This document shows positions 44,714 to 59,600 of a stretch of DNA of 64,000 bases, piece after piece. The notes under the pieces were generated by a model. It saw nothing but the letters and a program-made list of their open reading frames with translations, had not been told where the DNA came from and made no database searches. The stretch covers positions 325,996,001-326,060,000 of the forward strand of contig OZ024742.1 in NCBI GenBank assembly GCA_964016885.1, read 5' to 3'. Origin of the DNA: Eledone cirrhosa (Eukaryota). The translations under genes and the position numbers were made by a program. Each line of letters starts with the position of its first letter. Position 1 is the first letter of the stretch.

Positions 44714-45033
44714 TAAATGAAAGGTATAGAAAACACTGCAGCGAAAAGCGAACGGCATTCCATAATATATATATCACTATAGCGTCAAAATGGGAAAAAT
44801 AGTTAACGTAAGATGTGGGAAAAATAATTCAAACTCATCTCAAAGAGAATCAGGATATAAATTCATCCACAGAATTTAGTGAAATCCAGGGAAAAATCAA
44901 TCGAGTCTTAACTCATGATAAAATAAAGTTTAAAATACTTATCCTTCAATTTGGAAAAACTTCAAATGCTCTGTATAGTCTTAAATACTATTTCATGAAA
45001 ACTTTCAGTGGAGATGGTCACGGTTGATGTATA

Positions 45034-45086
<53 letters not shown>

Positions 45087-45483
45087 CATATATATATATA
45101 TATAGGGGAAAGAAAGAGAGAGAGGGGAACACACAGGCACACACACATACATACAAACACACGTACACATACACACACATATTCATATATATATATATAT
45201 AGTGAAAGAATGAAGAATAAGATGGTCGGCTGTACAAGAAGGGTTTTATTTACAGAATTAACAATTGTTTCATTGATGAGGTGAGTCTAGAGGCCTTAAA
45301 GACAGTGTATGTCTCTGTTAAAAGATATTACTCCAAGAATGACCTGCATGGGAATTCTCGCAAACTCGCTACGTAACTAAGGAAACCTCTTGTTGAGTCA
45401 AACAAAGCACTACGTTACAACTATCCATAGTACAGAGTACTCACAACCTCTAACTGAATTACCTGACACGATAACTTGTTATC

Positions 45484-45579
<96 letters not shown>

Positions 45580-45580
<1 letters not shown>

Positions 45581-46430
45581 CACAACGAGTTTTCGTATAG
45601 ATGTTTTATATAATATATTCAATTTTGTGGTATGTCCGTAAGAGAAACGCTTTAGTTTCGAGTACGACGACACGGTGGTACAACCGCAAACAGCTGAACT
45701 ACGAAATGTGAAATCACTACGGTTGAAGCAAATTTGTGAGCATATGATGTCATAGTGTGTTTGTGTAAGCAGGTTGTGTGCAAGGAAAGCTACATCTTTG
45801 TTTGGTGGGACCGATAGGGTTTATAAGCATGTGGGTGAATAGGAATTTGAGGGTTATGTGTGTGCCAAGGTATATGTGTGTTGTGTGTTATATAAGGATG
45901 TTGTAAATGTGTGTGTGTGTTTTTGTTGTGTGGATGCTGGAGATGTGTGTTTGCGTGTGAAAGCAAGGATAAACGGAGATTGCAGAAACAATGGAAGGAA
46001 ATGTATTCATTGGGAAAATGAGTTCCAAATCGAACAATTATGTTCAGCTCGGTCCTGGTTCCCAGGGCTGGGGATATGTGGTGTAAAATGTAATCTAAGA
46101 AAGTGAGCTATTGGGAAGAGTTTTGGAACAGAAGTGGCGAGCGACAGGGATGTATCTTCCAGGTTGTATATACCTCAGATGTACGGCAAATCGCTCTCCC
46201 AGGCGGTAGTCTATTTGTCTGATGTATATGGACCTGTAAAGGGAAGAATAGATGGCATTGGCAACGTTGGTAGAGATGAAGCTGAAGGAGTGGTGAATGC
46301 GATAAGTATGGTTTGTAACTGTGAGTGTGGTAAATTTTGTTATGTAAGTGTAGGTGTTATAGCTGGGGTAGAGGCATGGACGGGAATCAGATTCAGTCTG
46401 AGGCTCTGAGGAGAAGGTACTATGCATCAG
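45580..46430 (-). mobile_element. Decayed Neptune-type PLE GIY-YIG 3' fragment
   Basis: SRPCLYPSYNTYTYI...NVANAIYSS..IYIRQ..RLGERFAVHLR...PVARHF. Confidence 0.7.
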
Positions 46431-46689
46431 GAAGATTTAGTTTACTTTGCCCTATGAAATGATCGTAACATAATGAATTGATTATCTACTGAGCATTGTC
46501 TTATTTGTTTTCATTGTTTAAAATTATATATCTGATTATATAGTTTTTAAATACCTGGCGTCATACAATAACCTGCCACTTTTCCACAAAAACAAATGCT
46601 ACTTTTCTCCGATGGGATGAATATCACCACCTCACTCGGTTCTAGGAATCCTAGCTTAATTGAGATGAATATATATATATTGAGTAATA

Positions 46690-46986
46690 ATAGTGAAAGA
46701 TTGAAGAATAACATGGTCGGCTGTACAAATAGGTTTTATTTCTAGTATTAATTGTTTCATTGATCAGGCGATTCCAAAGGCCGCTAATCACTCGAAGTTG
46801 CGTCACTCGACATTAAATACAGTATTCCTATGAATTGATCAGAGGTAAACACTGTATTTAAGGTCAAGTGACGCAACTTCGAGTGATTAGCGGCCTTTAG
46901 ATTCACCTGATCAATGAAACAATTGTTAATAGTAGAAATAAAACCTATTTGTACAGCCGACCATTTCATACTTCAATCTTTCACTA
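46690..46986. mobile_element. Fold-back mini element (arms 46690-46823 / 46851-46986); single-arm relative at ~45200-45300
   Basis: Inverted arms with GAAAC-AATT-GTT; TA flanks. Confidence 0.75.
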
Positions 46987-47022
<36 letters not shown>

Positions 47023-47038
47023 CATATATATATACACG

Positions 47039-47184
<146 letters not shown>

Positions 47185-47244
47185 AAGTTATATTTAAAAT
47201 TGTTGGGTTACAACTAGTAAATATTTATAACTAGTATATATTTA

Positions 47245-47279
<35 letters not shown>

Positions 47280-47679
47280 GCAGAGGTTATATTTAATTTG
47301 TTTGGATTCAACAAGCTTAAACATTTTTTATAACTGATATAAAGCACTCAACAAGTTAGTGGAGTAAATATACAATATATTAATAAATGGAAACTATATT
47401 TATAAAACCATAATTATTTATTTCAAGGGCGACCAAGGTAAATTATCACCCTCAATTATCTCCACTATCCAGCGAATTTCAACCGTTGAGGTTGTCTTTA
47501 TTCCGGGTATGGATTTTATGATGTCTCCCTGTTATTATTCATTCTTTATCTACACTCTGGAATACAGAAGGATCAGGAACTGAGTTTCTTCAACTATTCT
47601 TCCATAACTCGTTGACCCCTCACCGTACGTCAACTCTATCCAGTGTAGTAATTAACCATTACTGCATCCAGGATAATCC

Positions 47680-47851
<172 letters not shown>

Positions 47852-47859
47852 AAAGAATA

Positions 47860-48151
47860 GAGGTGTAACACACAAGTTATTATATATTGGTAAACGGAAT
47901 AGAAAATGCTGACAAATTGTTCACAGTCAAACATAGTTTAATTAGGAATAAGTGAGAATTAGTAATCTGATCAGAGCAAACATCACGGACGCTCTATCTC
48001 AAAATTATTTTTGAAAAGCATTAGAAATGCGCAACCGGTAAAACTTAAAACCAAAACTGTATACTAACCAATACAATTACTAATTCTCACTTATTCCTAA
48101 TTAAACTATTTTTCACTGTGAACAATTTGTCAGCATTTTCTATTCCGTTTA

Positions 48152-48160
<9 letters not shown>
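47860..48160. mobile_element. Fold-back mini element (arms 47881-47966 / 48076-48160) with degenerate U3-A8 HHR in the spacer (48008-48043)
   Basis: Inverted arms; TTT TTGAAAA GCATT AGA AATGC GCAAC CG GTA AAA. Confidence 0.7.
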
Positions 48161-48196
<36 letters not shown>

Positions 48197-48228
48197 ATTT
48201 GAATGGATACAGTTTAGTTGAAAGGAAT

Positions 48229-48349
48229 TTATTTACACGTGTTTCTATAACAGTTACATAATCTGAAAACAGCTGCTATCTACAAAGTTTTAGTTATGCA
48301 GACATTCAATATTTCAATGTTATTATTTACTGTCATTTCATCAGAATAA
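48229..48349 (-). ncRNA. Type I HHR with long stem II insert
   Basis: UUAUU-CUGAUGA-A-AUGACAGU...ACUGUUAU-A-GAAAC-ACGU-GUA-AAUAA. Confidence 0.65.
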
Positions 48350-48742
48350 TATTACTGAGGACCTATTTGGTTTTTATAGAGAATATTAGGAGGTAGGGGT
48401 GAAGTTGTTAGAAGAATAGTTGAGGGAGTGGTTTTTTGATAGCAGTGAGAATTTTTGGTGGCAGTGAGTAATTAGATTCCCATCTGTTGTTTTGACATTT
48501 TTATAGAATATATTATTGGTTATTTTTCTAAATCTATAGAAGGATTAGAGATAGTAAAGATATGCGTGGTTGGTTTTGTCAGCATTTTCTATTCCGTTTA
48601 CCAATATATATATATATATATATATACAATATATTAATAAATGGAAACTATATTTATAAAACCATAATCATTTTATTATATATATTTCAAGGGCGACCAA
48701 GGTAAATTATGGGTGCGCTTTCATAACGTAAAATACAGATTT

Positions 48743-49800
48743 GTGGGTGGTTTGAGTTAAAATTGATATAGGTAAGGTTCTCATTTATCTTGTGGAAGGG
48801 TCGTATCAGTCCGGTATATAAATTAAGAGTTACGTCTAGAAAATGTACTACTTTAAGATTGTATTCATACGTTATTTTTAGACCCAGTTCACTAACTCAA
48901 ACCACCCACTTTCCATGATCAAATCGGTTCCCCGTAGTATTTCTTTTAGAATCTCTCGCCTATCGTCTAACTCTGAGATTTTCAGTGAATATGCTGAATA
49001 CTATAATAATGCATTAAGGAATGCCGACCACCGGGATACAATAGAATACATTGATAAGAATGTCCATAACACACATAGCTCTACACGAAATCAAAGAATA
49101 CGTAACCGGGGTACAGAAATACAAGCGCACACACGCAGTACCACCAGACATACTAATAATAGAAAATCATCACCAAATAAATCACGTTGTAGAAAGTATA
49201 TCTGGTATAATCCTATTTTTAATGCTTCGATTAGTACAAAACTATCTCTTTCATTCTTTAAATTAATCAACAAGCATTTCCATAGTCCCATAAATACAGT
49301 AAAATTCTGAACTCTAAGACTATTAAGCTATCATACTCCACTGCACCAAACCTTGAAGCATACATAAAACAAATTAACTTAAAGCAATTAAACAACACTA
49401 CAAAACAAAATATTTTAATAACAGATGAGCGTAACGTAGTATCGGCCTCCCAACCACTAAATGGGAGACGGGTATTACACAACCCACCTGTACTGTTATC
49501 CAAACCTATCCATGGTATACCTGATACCCACAATAAAAACTGTAGCTGCCACCTACCTGAAAGATGTCCATTGAAGAATAAATGCCGAAAGTCCAACATT
49601 GTTTAATCTGTTGAATCGAACGACCAGAAATGGTATTACATCGGGTCTACCACTACCCCCTTTATATCTCGCTGGTATCGTCATCGATTCTCAATTAAGC
49701 ATCCTAATCACCGTTTTGTGACTATGCTCGCCAACAAGACCTGGCAACTCCGTGAACGCAACCAACAGTTCACCTTGAAATGGGATATACATTCTCTGAG
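48743..49800 (+). mobile_element. PLE RT thumb/linker/GIY-YIG fragment with inverted 5' segment (48743-48893)
   Basis: Minus: VHFLDVTLNL..YINFNSNHP. Plus continuation: NSNHP..IKSVPRSISFRISRLSSN..IWYNPIF..CSCHLPERCPLKNKC..YYIGSTTT. Confidence 0.8.
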
Positions 49801-50574
49801 TAAATAGTAAAAGAAAACAATTCACAGGTAAACACTGCCGAGTCCCCTTAATTATAATAAAATTGAGTATGCTATTATGCGGTGAAATTTAATTTTAATT
49901 AAATTAATCAGATTATAGTTTCTAAGGGTATTATATAAGTTTCTCTCATCCAGATAAATCTTGAGGGCTTCTGTCGCGCTGAAAAGTTATTTTGTTAAAC
50001 TATACACTATTTTTCCTTGATTTATACCTTAATGTCTTGTTCTTATGTGAGAAACTTTCTTACGTTCTCTCACTCTCTTTAAACTGACAAAAAATCATCA
50101 CGCGTATAACAACATGACGCAACATGTCAACAGTGGGAGGATAACTTCCCAACTGCCTATAAGTCGATAATGTAACGAGATTAAGATAGTCGCATGCTGG
50201 TCTTAGTTGCTTTAATGTTATGGTTACACAACATTTGGTTGTGCAGGGAGATTTGAGGTCCAGATACCACAGGCAATTCTCCTTATTTTCTAACACAGTT
50301 ACAACTGTTTTGTATTGTAAATTGGTGTGTTGTGATACTTTCCATGAAAACACACTCACATATACATATATATGTCAGTTTGAGTGTGTGTGTGTGTGTG
50401 TGTGTGGTTGTGTATGTGTATGTGTATGTGTATGTTTATGTGTGCGTGTGTATGTGGGTGGGTGTGCGTGTGTGTGTGTATATGTCTGTCTCTGTGCATG
50501 TGCGTGTTCTAACACATACAAATTCCAACCATGGATTGTAAACGTATCCAGAGCAGTCTGAAGTTCTTCTACTA

Positions 50575-51340
50575 GATCTAGACTTTGAAGACTGTATTTT
50601 CTTACTCGACTAATCAGAAGCTGCTGCAGCAGATTATCTCAGCAATATACAAGAATCTGCCTTCCATGCTGGCTTTAGAATTAACCCAGAGAAAACTAAG
50701 GCCGTGCATATAAATTACACTCATACTGGATCCCCACCACTAGTTACTGCTACCGTATCATGTTGGGTGTCAAAGGAACTGAGGGAGCCATAAATGAACA
50801 GAAATGAACAGATCCTGGCAACTACACAACGAAGAAATCTTGCCGACATACTCATTTGAAACCAACTGCCTACTCTTGTTGCTGGGTGAGAAGCCCACAA
50901 GGGATGACAAAATAATTATATACTATGCACTACAACTCAAAACCAGAACAACAGAGGCGATCACGCCTATCATAAATCAGGAAAACACATACATCAATCC
51001 ACAAATATATCATTGTGCAATGGATAGGAATGAATAAAGAAGGCATGTTGTCGGGAGGTTTCAAACACAAATTCCCGCTTGGGTACAAAAAGTACAAGGA
51101 GATTCATTCGACGTATCGATGGGCTCCTACTACAGCGCTGATGTATGTAATATTGTTGGATAATGGACACATCGTACTCTTAAACGTAAATACACCAACT
51201 GCACTAATGGACTCACTATATCACGACGTCGGTCTTTCTTTACCATACGACTGCAGCAGGCACACTTCAGACAGGGACAGTAATGATTTGACAAATGCCT
51301 TTGAGAGGACAGCATGACACTACAGAACACTCCGGTGATA
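50575..51340 (+). mobile_element. Old LINE RT/C-terminal remnant
   Basis: LDFEDCIFLL...AGFRINPEKTKAVHIN resembles RT domains 5-6. Confidence 0.45.
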
Positions 51341-51379
51341 GTGGATTATGGGAAGACATCAAGTACATATCCAATAGAC

Positions 51380-51990
51380 CTCCACCTAAGAATAGAAATA
51401 GAAAAAGAAAACATAATCTTGTTCGCCCATCTATAGTCACTTAACGTAACGTCTAATGTAGGTAAGAAATTCTTAGACTTAATTCCTACACAGTTTCCCA
51501 TACAACATAGTACAGTAACATCATCAATCACCGTTCGGTGGAGATATCGTATTCTTGCCCAAAATCTATGAGATCAAACAAGACTACAAAGAAGAAACCA
51601 TATGTGAATCCAGGATGCTCGTGCAGGAAACATTACTGTCCATTAAAACAAACTTGTAATGTAAAGTTCATCGTCTACAATGTAGAGTATAAATATACGA
51701 GCACCAATGCCAGAAACCAGTGAAAAAGATGTCGGCTCGATGCAAGACCGACTTAGATAAAGGTCCCACTCGCACATCTCTTCATTCAATTATTCCGATA
51801 TGAAAACTAGCACAGCGCTGGCAAAAGAAGAATGGAAGCTGAAAGCAAAAGGAGTACGTATGAGAGTCCACGCCATACGAAAAGGGAACTAAGAAGTGCT
51901 TACTCTGCCCCAATGAAATATTTAGGATTTTGCAAGTAATATATTCACCTAACATATTTTTGGCATTGTTTGCATCGGAAAGCTTTCATC
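51380..51990 (+). mobile_element. Decayed PLE linker + GIY-YIG
   Basis: SNVGKKFLDLIPTQFP; EISYSCP; GCSCRKHYCPLKQTCNVKFIVY; CLLCPNE. Confidence 0.7.
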
Positions 51991-52989
51991 TGCAAGACTT
52001 ATACTCGAAATTCAAAACGCCATAGAGAATAAGGCAAGGCATAATATCCAATGTAGCAGTTCTGATACCTTGTTATATTATCGATCCAGAAAGGTTGCAT
52101 ATATATGTGTGTGTATGTGTCCAGTGTACGATATATGTGTTTGTGTGTGTGGTATGTGTGTGTGCCTGCGTGCGTGTGTTTGCATGTATGTGTATATAAA
52201 GAATGAGAGGAAGAAAGAGAGAAAGACAGTATATAACGTGACAGAAAGATGGATCTACTTTGATAATCACAATGCGTTAAAAAATAATTGGTTATGGCAT
52301 AAAACAATGAATTTGCTGTGAAACAAAATACATTCGGAATGCATTACATTTTATAGCTGACAGAATATGATGTAAGATTCCTCATAGCCTCTATAATGGG
52401 ATTAAAATTTGTGAAATAGATATGAAATGAAAAGTCAACACATTATATCATCCTTACAATCACAGAATATATAACGGAATCCGACAGCATCTATAGAATT
52501 TTTATATTTAATAGAATATTGTGAAGATTATAACCAGCTGGAATTTTTTCATGATTAATATATATGATTCCTCCAAACTACTCACAGACTTCACAATTTT
52601 GGAATAAAAAAAAAAGAAGGTGTTGTGTCCGAGATTCAATATAAAATATCTTCTAAAAGAAGTATTCTTCCTTTTCTGTCTGTGTGGTGCTATTATCAAA
52701 TGAAATAATGCAACGTTGAAACTTTTCTGAATTAATAAAAAAAATCTATATGATATTTTAATATCAAGGGAGATCAAAGAAGTCAAACGAAACTAGCAAT
52801 AAAAGTTGGGAGTGGTTGTTAAAATTGTGAATAATGTCTACGATGCAATATTCCTTGACAACGGATCAATAAACATTCATAGCAAAACATTTGTATTCGT
52901 TTATGCATATTTATACATATTTTCACAACATATGCACACGTAAACGCACGAGCATATATGACGCCAATACACACACGCTCTTATATATG

Positions 52990-53096
<107 letters not shown>

Positions 53097-53103
53097 GTGT
53101 ATA

Positions 53104-53134
<31 letters not shown>

Positions 53135-53144
53135 GGGTGTGTGT

Positions 53145-53180
<36 letters not shown>

Positions 53181-53258
53181 AATATTTACGAAGTACATAC
53201 ACAATTATTTATGCGCATATATTCGTATATGCATACACACAAAGAAACACACAGACAC

Positions 53259-53299
<41 letters not shown>

Positions 53300-53769
53300 A
53301 TATATGTATACTTATTTTATACATATTCTATTATAAATAATATATATATATACGTATGTATGTATATGGAGAAAGAGAGAGAGGTGGTGAGATTGAGAGA
53401 GTAGAAGAGTGAAATAGAGAGAGATGGTAATTTATATGCAATGTACAGATAATTTAATGGAACGGAACAGCAGAGTATGATGAAATCGTTTTATTGTTAG
53501 AAAAAATAACAAAATAATTTTACCATTTTTTTAATACACTAGCAAAGCAAAACTTTCATTGAGAAATCTATATTTTCTGCCATAATGTGTTACTCTTTGA
53601 AAACAGTCAATTGCTGATTAAAGTGTATACGAGCAACAGCTGCATACAATCTTGAATTGAAATTATTTTATTTATATTCAACAACCAATACCCACTGGTC
53701 AATACTGGCAAATATATTTATTTGGTTAATGTGAGCATGTAACTTATGAACTAAAACATCGAACTAGGT

Positions 53770-55730
53770 ATTATTGTTACTGCTATTATTATTTGAAACT
53801 TTCTTTGAATTCTGCTTCTTTACCTTATCATGCCGAGTGTCAACCTGACATCTGAGGCAACATTTGATAATAAACACATTTTACAATCAATTGTCTTACA
53901 AATAATTGTTTCTACTTTTGGCACAAGGCCAGCAAATATACCAGTGTATTACTGGTACTTTATTTTATCGACCCCGTAAGGATGAAAGCAAAGTTAACCT
54001 CGGCGGGATTTGAACTCAGATCATAAAGGGATGTAACTATTTGCTGCAATGCATGGCGTCAGACCCTCTACCGATACTGCCAATCCACAAATAATGCCTC
54101 AAGAATATAAATATTAGTAAATGTCTTTGCAAGGTTTTTAAATTGATAATGCCGTTTTCAGAAAATGGACAGTGTCAGTCAACACTATTTTCTGTATCTC
54201 TTGCAGAGGTAGCTTTCAATTGATAGATCTTTATACTTAAATACATTTTCGAACACTTCCGAGGAGATGCTACAATCTGAAGGAATGCCCATTTCTTAAT
54301 GGGCATTCCATCAGAATCATATTTTCACTGTATAGTCCTTCATAATTATATCAGGTCTGTTGGCCTTGATTATTCTATTAGTATTTACGGGGAAATTCCA
54401 TAGGATTGCCACGTTCCCGCCTCATGTTACTGCATCTTGTTGATGGTTGTACAATGTTCCCTCCATTTTCAGACCATAAAACCTGCTCATTACCCACTGT
54501 AAGTATTGGCGCACTCTATCATGACACGTTTTATATTCCTGGTAAGCTAATACTTTGCAGCCTGTAACTTAATGGTCAATGGTCTCAACGTGTTCATCAC
54601 AGAATCCACATTTTTTGTCAGTTCCATATCTGATCACATTGGCTTGAACCACACTGGCACGTTGAAAGACACAGGTGTTGTGCAGCCAAATATCTCTGCT
54701 TTTAACCCAAAACTCCACAGTTACTTCATCTACAACAGGTTCTTTACTACGGAGAATATACTGCCTATGTAGTGTTTTTGCACCCATTTAGTGCACAGAC
54801 GCCTTCAGCCTTCAAGTTTTGCCAACAATGATATTGTTGGCGGCAGAATCACCATTATTTTCAGAATGTATTCCCAATACTTCTGCGAACTTCCTACGTT
54901 CATTAGTAACTGAATGTAATCTCTTCTTCCTTTCGTGATCTACAACCATTTCTATCATCCTGTCAATGGTCGTTTTAGGGTACTGGTCGAGTCCATTAAT
55001 CGTAATCTTTTATGACATTTCGAGTTGGATGGTTCTCCTACCTCTGTTTTGTCTAGGCAGATGGAGGCGATCCACCTCTTCTTTTGGATGATGTATTTTA
55101 TTACAGATCAAAGGTGCCTTGATCTTGGTGTCCATTCTTTGAATTTCATTGACGTTTCAATTCATATTGAAACTGTAGGAAACAACTTGCAAACGTATTC
55201 ATGGCAGATGATTTATTTCTCGAGTTTTCAAGACAGCACTTACTCATCTGTAAAATTCCTCTTTGATTCTCTATTTCATGCTGGCTTAGTGACTAACTGC
55301 ACTGTCGTCCCTACGAGTATGGTATTTAGGGTGCGATCATCTGTCCCTATATGTCTGTGTCTTTTTGTTTATTTCGTCCTACTCATTGCGTTCAGGGTTA
55401 TTGGGATTCGCTCCACGAATTTAGTTCTCAAACTTCCATAATAGAATTGCGGTTCACAAGGAGCGTTTCCTATTTCCGGTGCTCTAATTGCATTTCTATT
55501 TCCGAGGTTTTTTGCAGGTTGATGTGTTCACTTCTAATATCTACTCTATAGATATTTGCCCTAGTCCTCTGATATCCGCACCATGTCTATTAACCTTTGG
55601 GTTGTAAATAACTCTATCGCTATGTGATTCTCGTGTTATAGTCTGCGTTACCATTGGACATTTCTTGATGTGCAGAACTACTGGAGATTCTGTCAGTGAC
55701 ACTCTTAGCTATGACCAAAACTACTGATCT
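53770..55730 (-). mobile_element. R4/Dong-like non-LTR element with restriction-like endonuclease, internally deleted, ending in degenerate (TAA)n
   Basis: CGFCDEHVETIDH zinc knuckle, HDRV, and AILWNFPVNTNRIKANRPDIIMKD (PD..D nuclease). The 5' boundary is uncertain. Confidence 0.72.
53902..54086 (-). mobile_element. S1 SINE inserted in the R4/Dong-like element, 9-bp TSD
   Basis: ACAAATAAT at 53898-53906 and 54087-54095. Confidence 0.88.
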
Positions 55731-56149
55731 CGGTTTAGGGTTAGGGTTCGTTCTAGTAATATACACTCTAGAAACGAGGCAAAGACTCCAGAAATATGGG
55801 TATATTTTTATGTTACATACTTCATAAATATGCAGATTGCAATGTATGATAATTCTCCTTTTCCACGCGTATTTATAGTTTAGAGTATTTCTTCATATGT
55901 CTTAAAACCAATAACATTCTCCATGATTCATACAAAATGATGGTGGTTAAATGAACAACCTGCGTAATAGCACCGAAGCATAACTGATCCAATTAATTCA
56001 AACTAACAAGTCTTCAGTATGTATGCGCACATCATCTCTGTATGGTTTGTTGCCTCATAATTACTGTAGATGATGGTAAGGAGTAACTTCCTTTATACAA
56101 TAACCATTAATCGGAGTAGCGACCTGGTGAGTATATATATATATTTACA

Positions 56150-56605
56150 TAAGCTAAAGGGAAATTCAATTTGTTGGTAAATCAAAAAATATAAATGTTT
56201 ATAGCTGATTCAGAGCACTCGACATATTTTCTAGAATATAATATTCAATGATATTAAATAAATGGAAACTATATTTATAAAATCATATTTATTCTATTAT
56301 ATATATTTCAAGGGTAACAAAACTCTGGTACGCTTTCATCAGATAAAATACAAAGTTTGTTTTATAAATTTTGACATAACCAAGAAAAGATACCTTAACG
56401 GTTCAAGTTTTTCTTGGATAAACTTGAACCATGAAGTTATGTTTTAAGAAAAACTTGAACCGTTAACGTATCTTTTCTTGGTTACGTCAAAATTTATAAA
56501 ACAAACTTTGTATTTTATCTGATGAAAGCGTACCAAAGTTTTTGTACCCTTGAAATATATATAATAGAATAAATATGGTTTTATAAACATAGTTTCCATT
56601 TATTT
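56150..56605. mobile_element. Fold-back mini element, family C (160-bp arms 56256-56415 / 56446-56605, left tail)
   Basis: Inverted arms, each with an HHR (56290-56350 minus; 56511-56571 plus). Confidence 0.82.
56511..56571 (+). ncRNA. Minimal type I HHR (family C); predicted cleavage after 56563
   Basis: TATTTTAT CTGATGA AAGCGTAC..GTACCCTT GAA ATATATAT A ATAGAATA: 8-bp stem I, canonical core and palindromic AUAUAUAU stem III. Confidence 0.8.
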
Positions 56606-56639
56606 TATAACATACTATTTGGAATATAACTTAACTACC

Positions 56640-59600
56640 GGCTCAACCTCGATCTAATCCGCCGTGACCACTCTCTGAGCTTTACACACCTTCCCACACT
56701 TGTTCTTTCCTTCTACGCATTACCTTTGTTTGATTTTGTTACTGTACTTGCTTATTTCCGTATATGATTTTTTGCCTGTGTTTTTACCATTTTATTTCTA
56801 TGATTTTTTGTTCACGATTGCCTGTGTGTTTACCTTTATGATTTTTTGTCTTTAATTTTCCTGTGTATACTCTCCTCTCCTTACGTTTTTCTGTTTCATT
56901 TTCCCTTCCCCATCTCTGCCTATCCTTCGCACTCACTCCTTCGTTCACTCCACCCCGCTTCACACACCTGCTTTCTCATCCCTCCCCCTGCTATCACCCA
57001 ACGCCCACCATGCCCAGCCTGAGATCCTTTCTCCACCAACTACACACTAAATTAAACTTTTCCTCACCCCCCTCCTCCCACCCTGCTATCTCCCCTCTGC
57101 CCTTCAACTCTCCTACCTTCTCTTCGCCAAAACACGGCACACCAGCCACATCCATTTCCTCAGCCACTGCCTCCGCCTCCACCTTATCCCCCTCGGCTTC
57201 CGTCTACACTTCCACCCTTCCCCCGCCGCTTCCCCCTCTAGGCAACGTATCCTCACCCGATCCTCACGCCTCCTGATGCGCAACTCCATCCGCGCCTCCC
57301 GTTCCACCCTCCGCCAACTTGACCACCAACTGACCCCCACCCTCCTCCGCCTTAACTCTACCTACCACCCCCTCCTCGCCCAAGCCATCCTCTCCTTCAT
57401 CCAAAACCTCAACCACGACCTCTTCTCCTTCCTCAGCTCCACCAAAGCCCGCAAGCTACACTCACTCCTCCCAACCACCCCTATCCACCACCACCCGCCC
57501 ATCCCCATGAGCCCACCACTTTCCACACCTCCCTCCCCACACCCCTACCCAATCTCCACCCTCCACCTCACCCCTCACCACACCCTCCCTTTCCCCAACA
57601 CAACCAAACCCCACCACTTGTTGTCACCATACTCCCTGACCTCCCCCTCTCCGCACCTGAGCGTTCAGTCCTTAGTAGAGGCCTTCGCTTCATACCCCAC
57701 ACTCCGCACAGCGACGAGTTCCGCACCCGAACGGAAGTCAAGCGATTCGTGCGACGCACGAAGCTACAGGCACATTTCGGCCAAACGCCACCGGCTCCAG
57801 ACGCCCCAGACCCGTTTCTCGCCCTGGGCCGACGACCATCTTCTTGGACGCCGGCCCCAGGGCAATTTAGCACCCTGGACGCGTTCGTCGATGCCAGCAG
57901 TAGCGCCGTAAATCGTTTCGACTTCCGCCACCGTTCCAAACGGAATAATATCTCACGGGGCGAACTCCTCGCTCTGCGCTCCCTCCGTAGCCGAGATCAC
58001 ATCGTCATCAAACCGGCGGACAAGGGAGGCGCCGTGGTGGTGTGGCGCGCGGACCTCTACACGGCCGAAGCCCTCAGGCAGCTCCGTAACCCCCTCTTCT
58101 ACCGCCCTCTACCCTCCGAACCCACACCCCTCTACCAACAACAAGTTTCATCCACCATCCAACACCTTGTCTCCTCCTCCCTCCCCCCCACCGCTTCCCA
58201 CCTCATCGTCCTCCCCGCACCCACACCATCTACTTCCTCCCCAAACTCCAGAAACCCGACAACCCCGGCCGCCCCATCGTCTCCGCCGAACTCATCTCCG
58301 CCTTTCTTGACTCCATCCTCGCCCCCTTGTCACCACCCTCCCCTCCCACATCTCCGACACCAGCCACGCCCTGCGCCTTTTCGACTCCTTCACCTACCCA
58401 CCTGGCCCACAGCCCTTCCTCTTCACCCTAGACATCAAGTCCCTCTACACCGTCATCCCCCACACCGACGGCCTACGCGCCCTCAAACACTACCTCGATC
58501 TTCGCCCCTCCCCCATTCCATCCACCCCCACCCTTCTTCGCCTCGCCGAGCTGGTCCTCACCCTCAATTGTTTCTCCTTCTCGGGTGAGTTTTACCAACA
58601 GATCACGGGGGTAGCCATGGGTACAAGAATGGGCCCGAACTATGCCAACCTTTTTGTTGGCCATGTTGAGGCCCAAATCTTTGCCCAGTACACCGGCCCC
58701 ACGCCCGAACTGTACGGTCGTTACATCGACGACTGTATCTGAGCCACGACCCTCACCCGATAACAGCTCGACTCCTTTCTCTCCTTCTTCTGCTCCTTCC
58801 ACCCCTCCCTCCACTTCACCACCTCTATCTCCACCACCCACGTCCACTTCTTAGACATCTCCGTCGACTTCGACCCCTCCCACCACTCCCTCGTCACCTC
58901 CGCCTTCTTCAAACCCACCGTCTCACACTCTTACCTCGACTTCACCTCTCCCCCCCCCCCCACACACACACTAAACACTCTATTCCCTACTCCCAACTCC
59001 TCAGGATGCGCCGCCTCTGTAGCCGAGATGCTGACTTCGAGTCCCAGGCCCTTTCCCTAGTCAGCCATTTCATCCGCAGAGGTTACCCCCCTCTCTCGTC
59101 CACACCGCTCTCACCCGCGCTCGTGCTGTCCCCCGCTCCACCACCCTCACCCCACGCCAGCGCACAGCCACCCACCGTCTCCCCTTCCCAATCACCTACC
59201 ACCCCTCCACCCTACCCCTCCACCCTACCCCTCCACCGCACCATCCGCCGCCTCTTCCGACGCCTCCAGTCCGACCCCTCCACCTCCCACATCTTCCCAA
59301 CCCTACCCTTCCCCTCCTTCAAACGCGCACGCAATCTCCGCACCCTCCTCGTCCACAGCTCCCTACCCCCCGGTTCCTTTCCCTGTTATAGGCCCCGCTG
59401 CAACACCTGTCCCCACATCACCAACACCACCACCTTCCAGGCTCCCAACGGCCACTCTCTCTCTGTCCAGCATGCCTTCCGCTGCACCTCCTCCAACCTA
59501 GTCTACGGAATTCGCTGCACGGAGTGTACCGCGACTTACGTCGGACAGACGGGACGTCGCCTGGCGGACAGATTCACTGAGCACTTCTAAGATATTCGTC

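Noticed and set aside
55735-55748. TTAGGG x2 telomeric-like seed near the R4/Dong-like 5' end
   Set aside because: Only two units, so too short to distinguish from chance.
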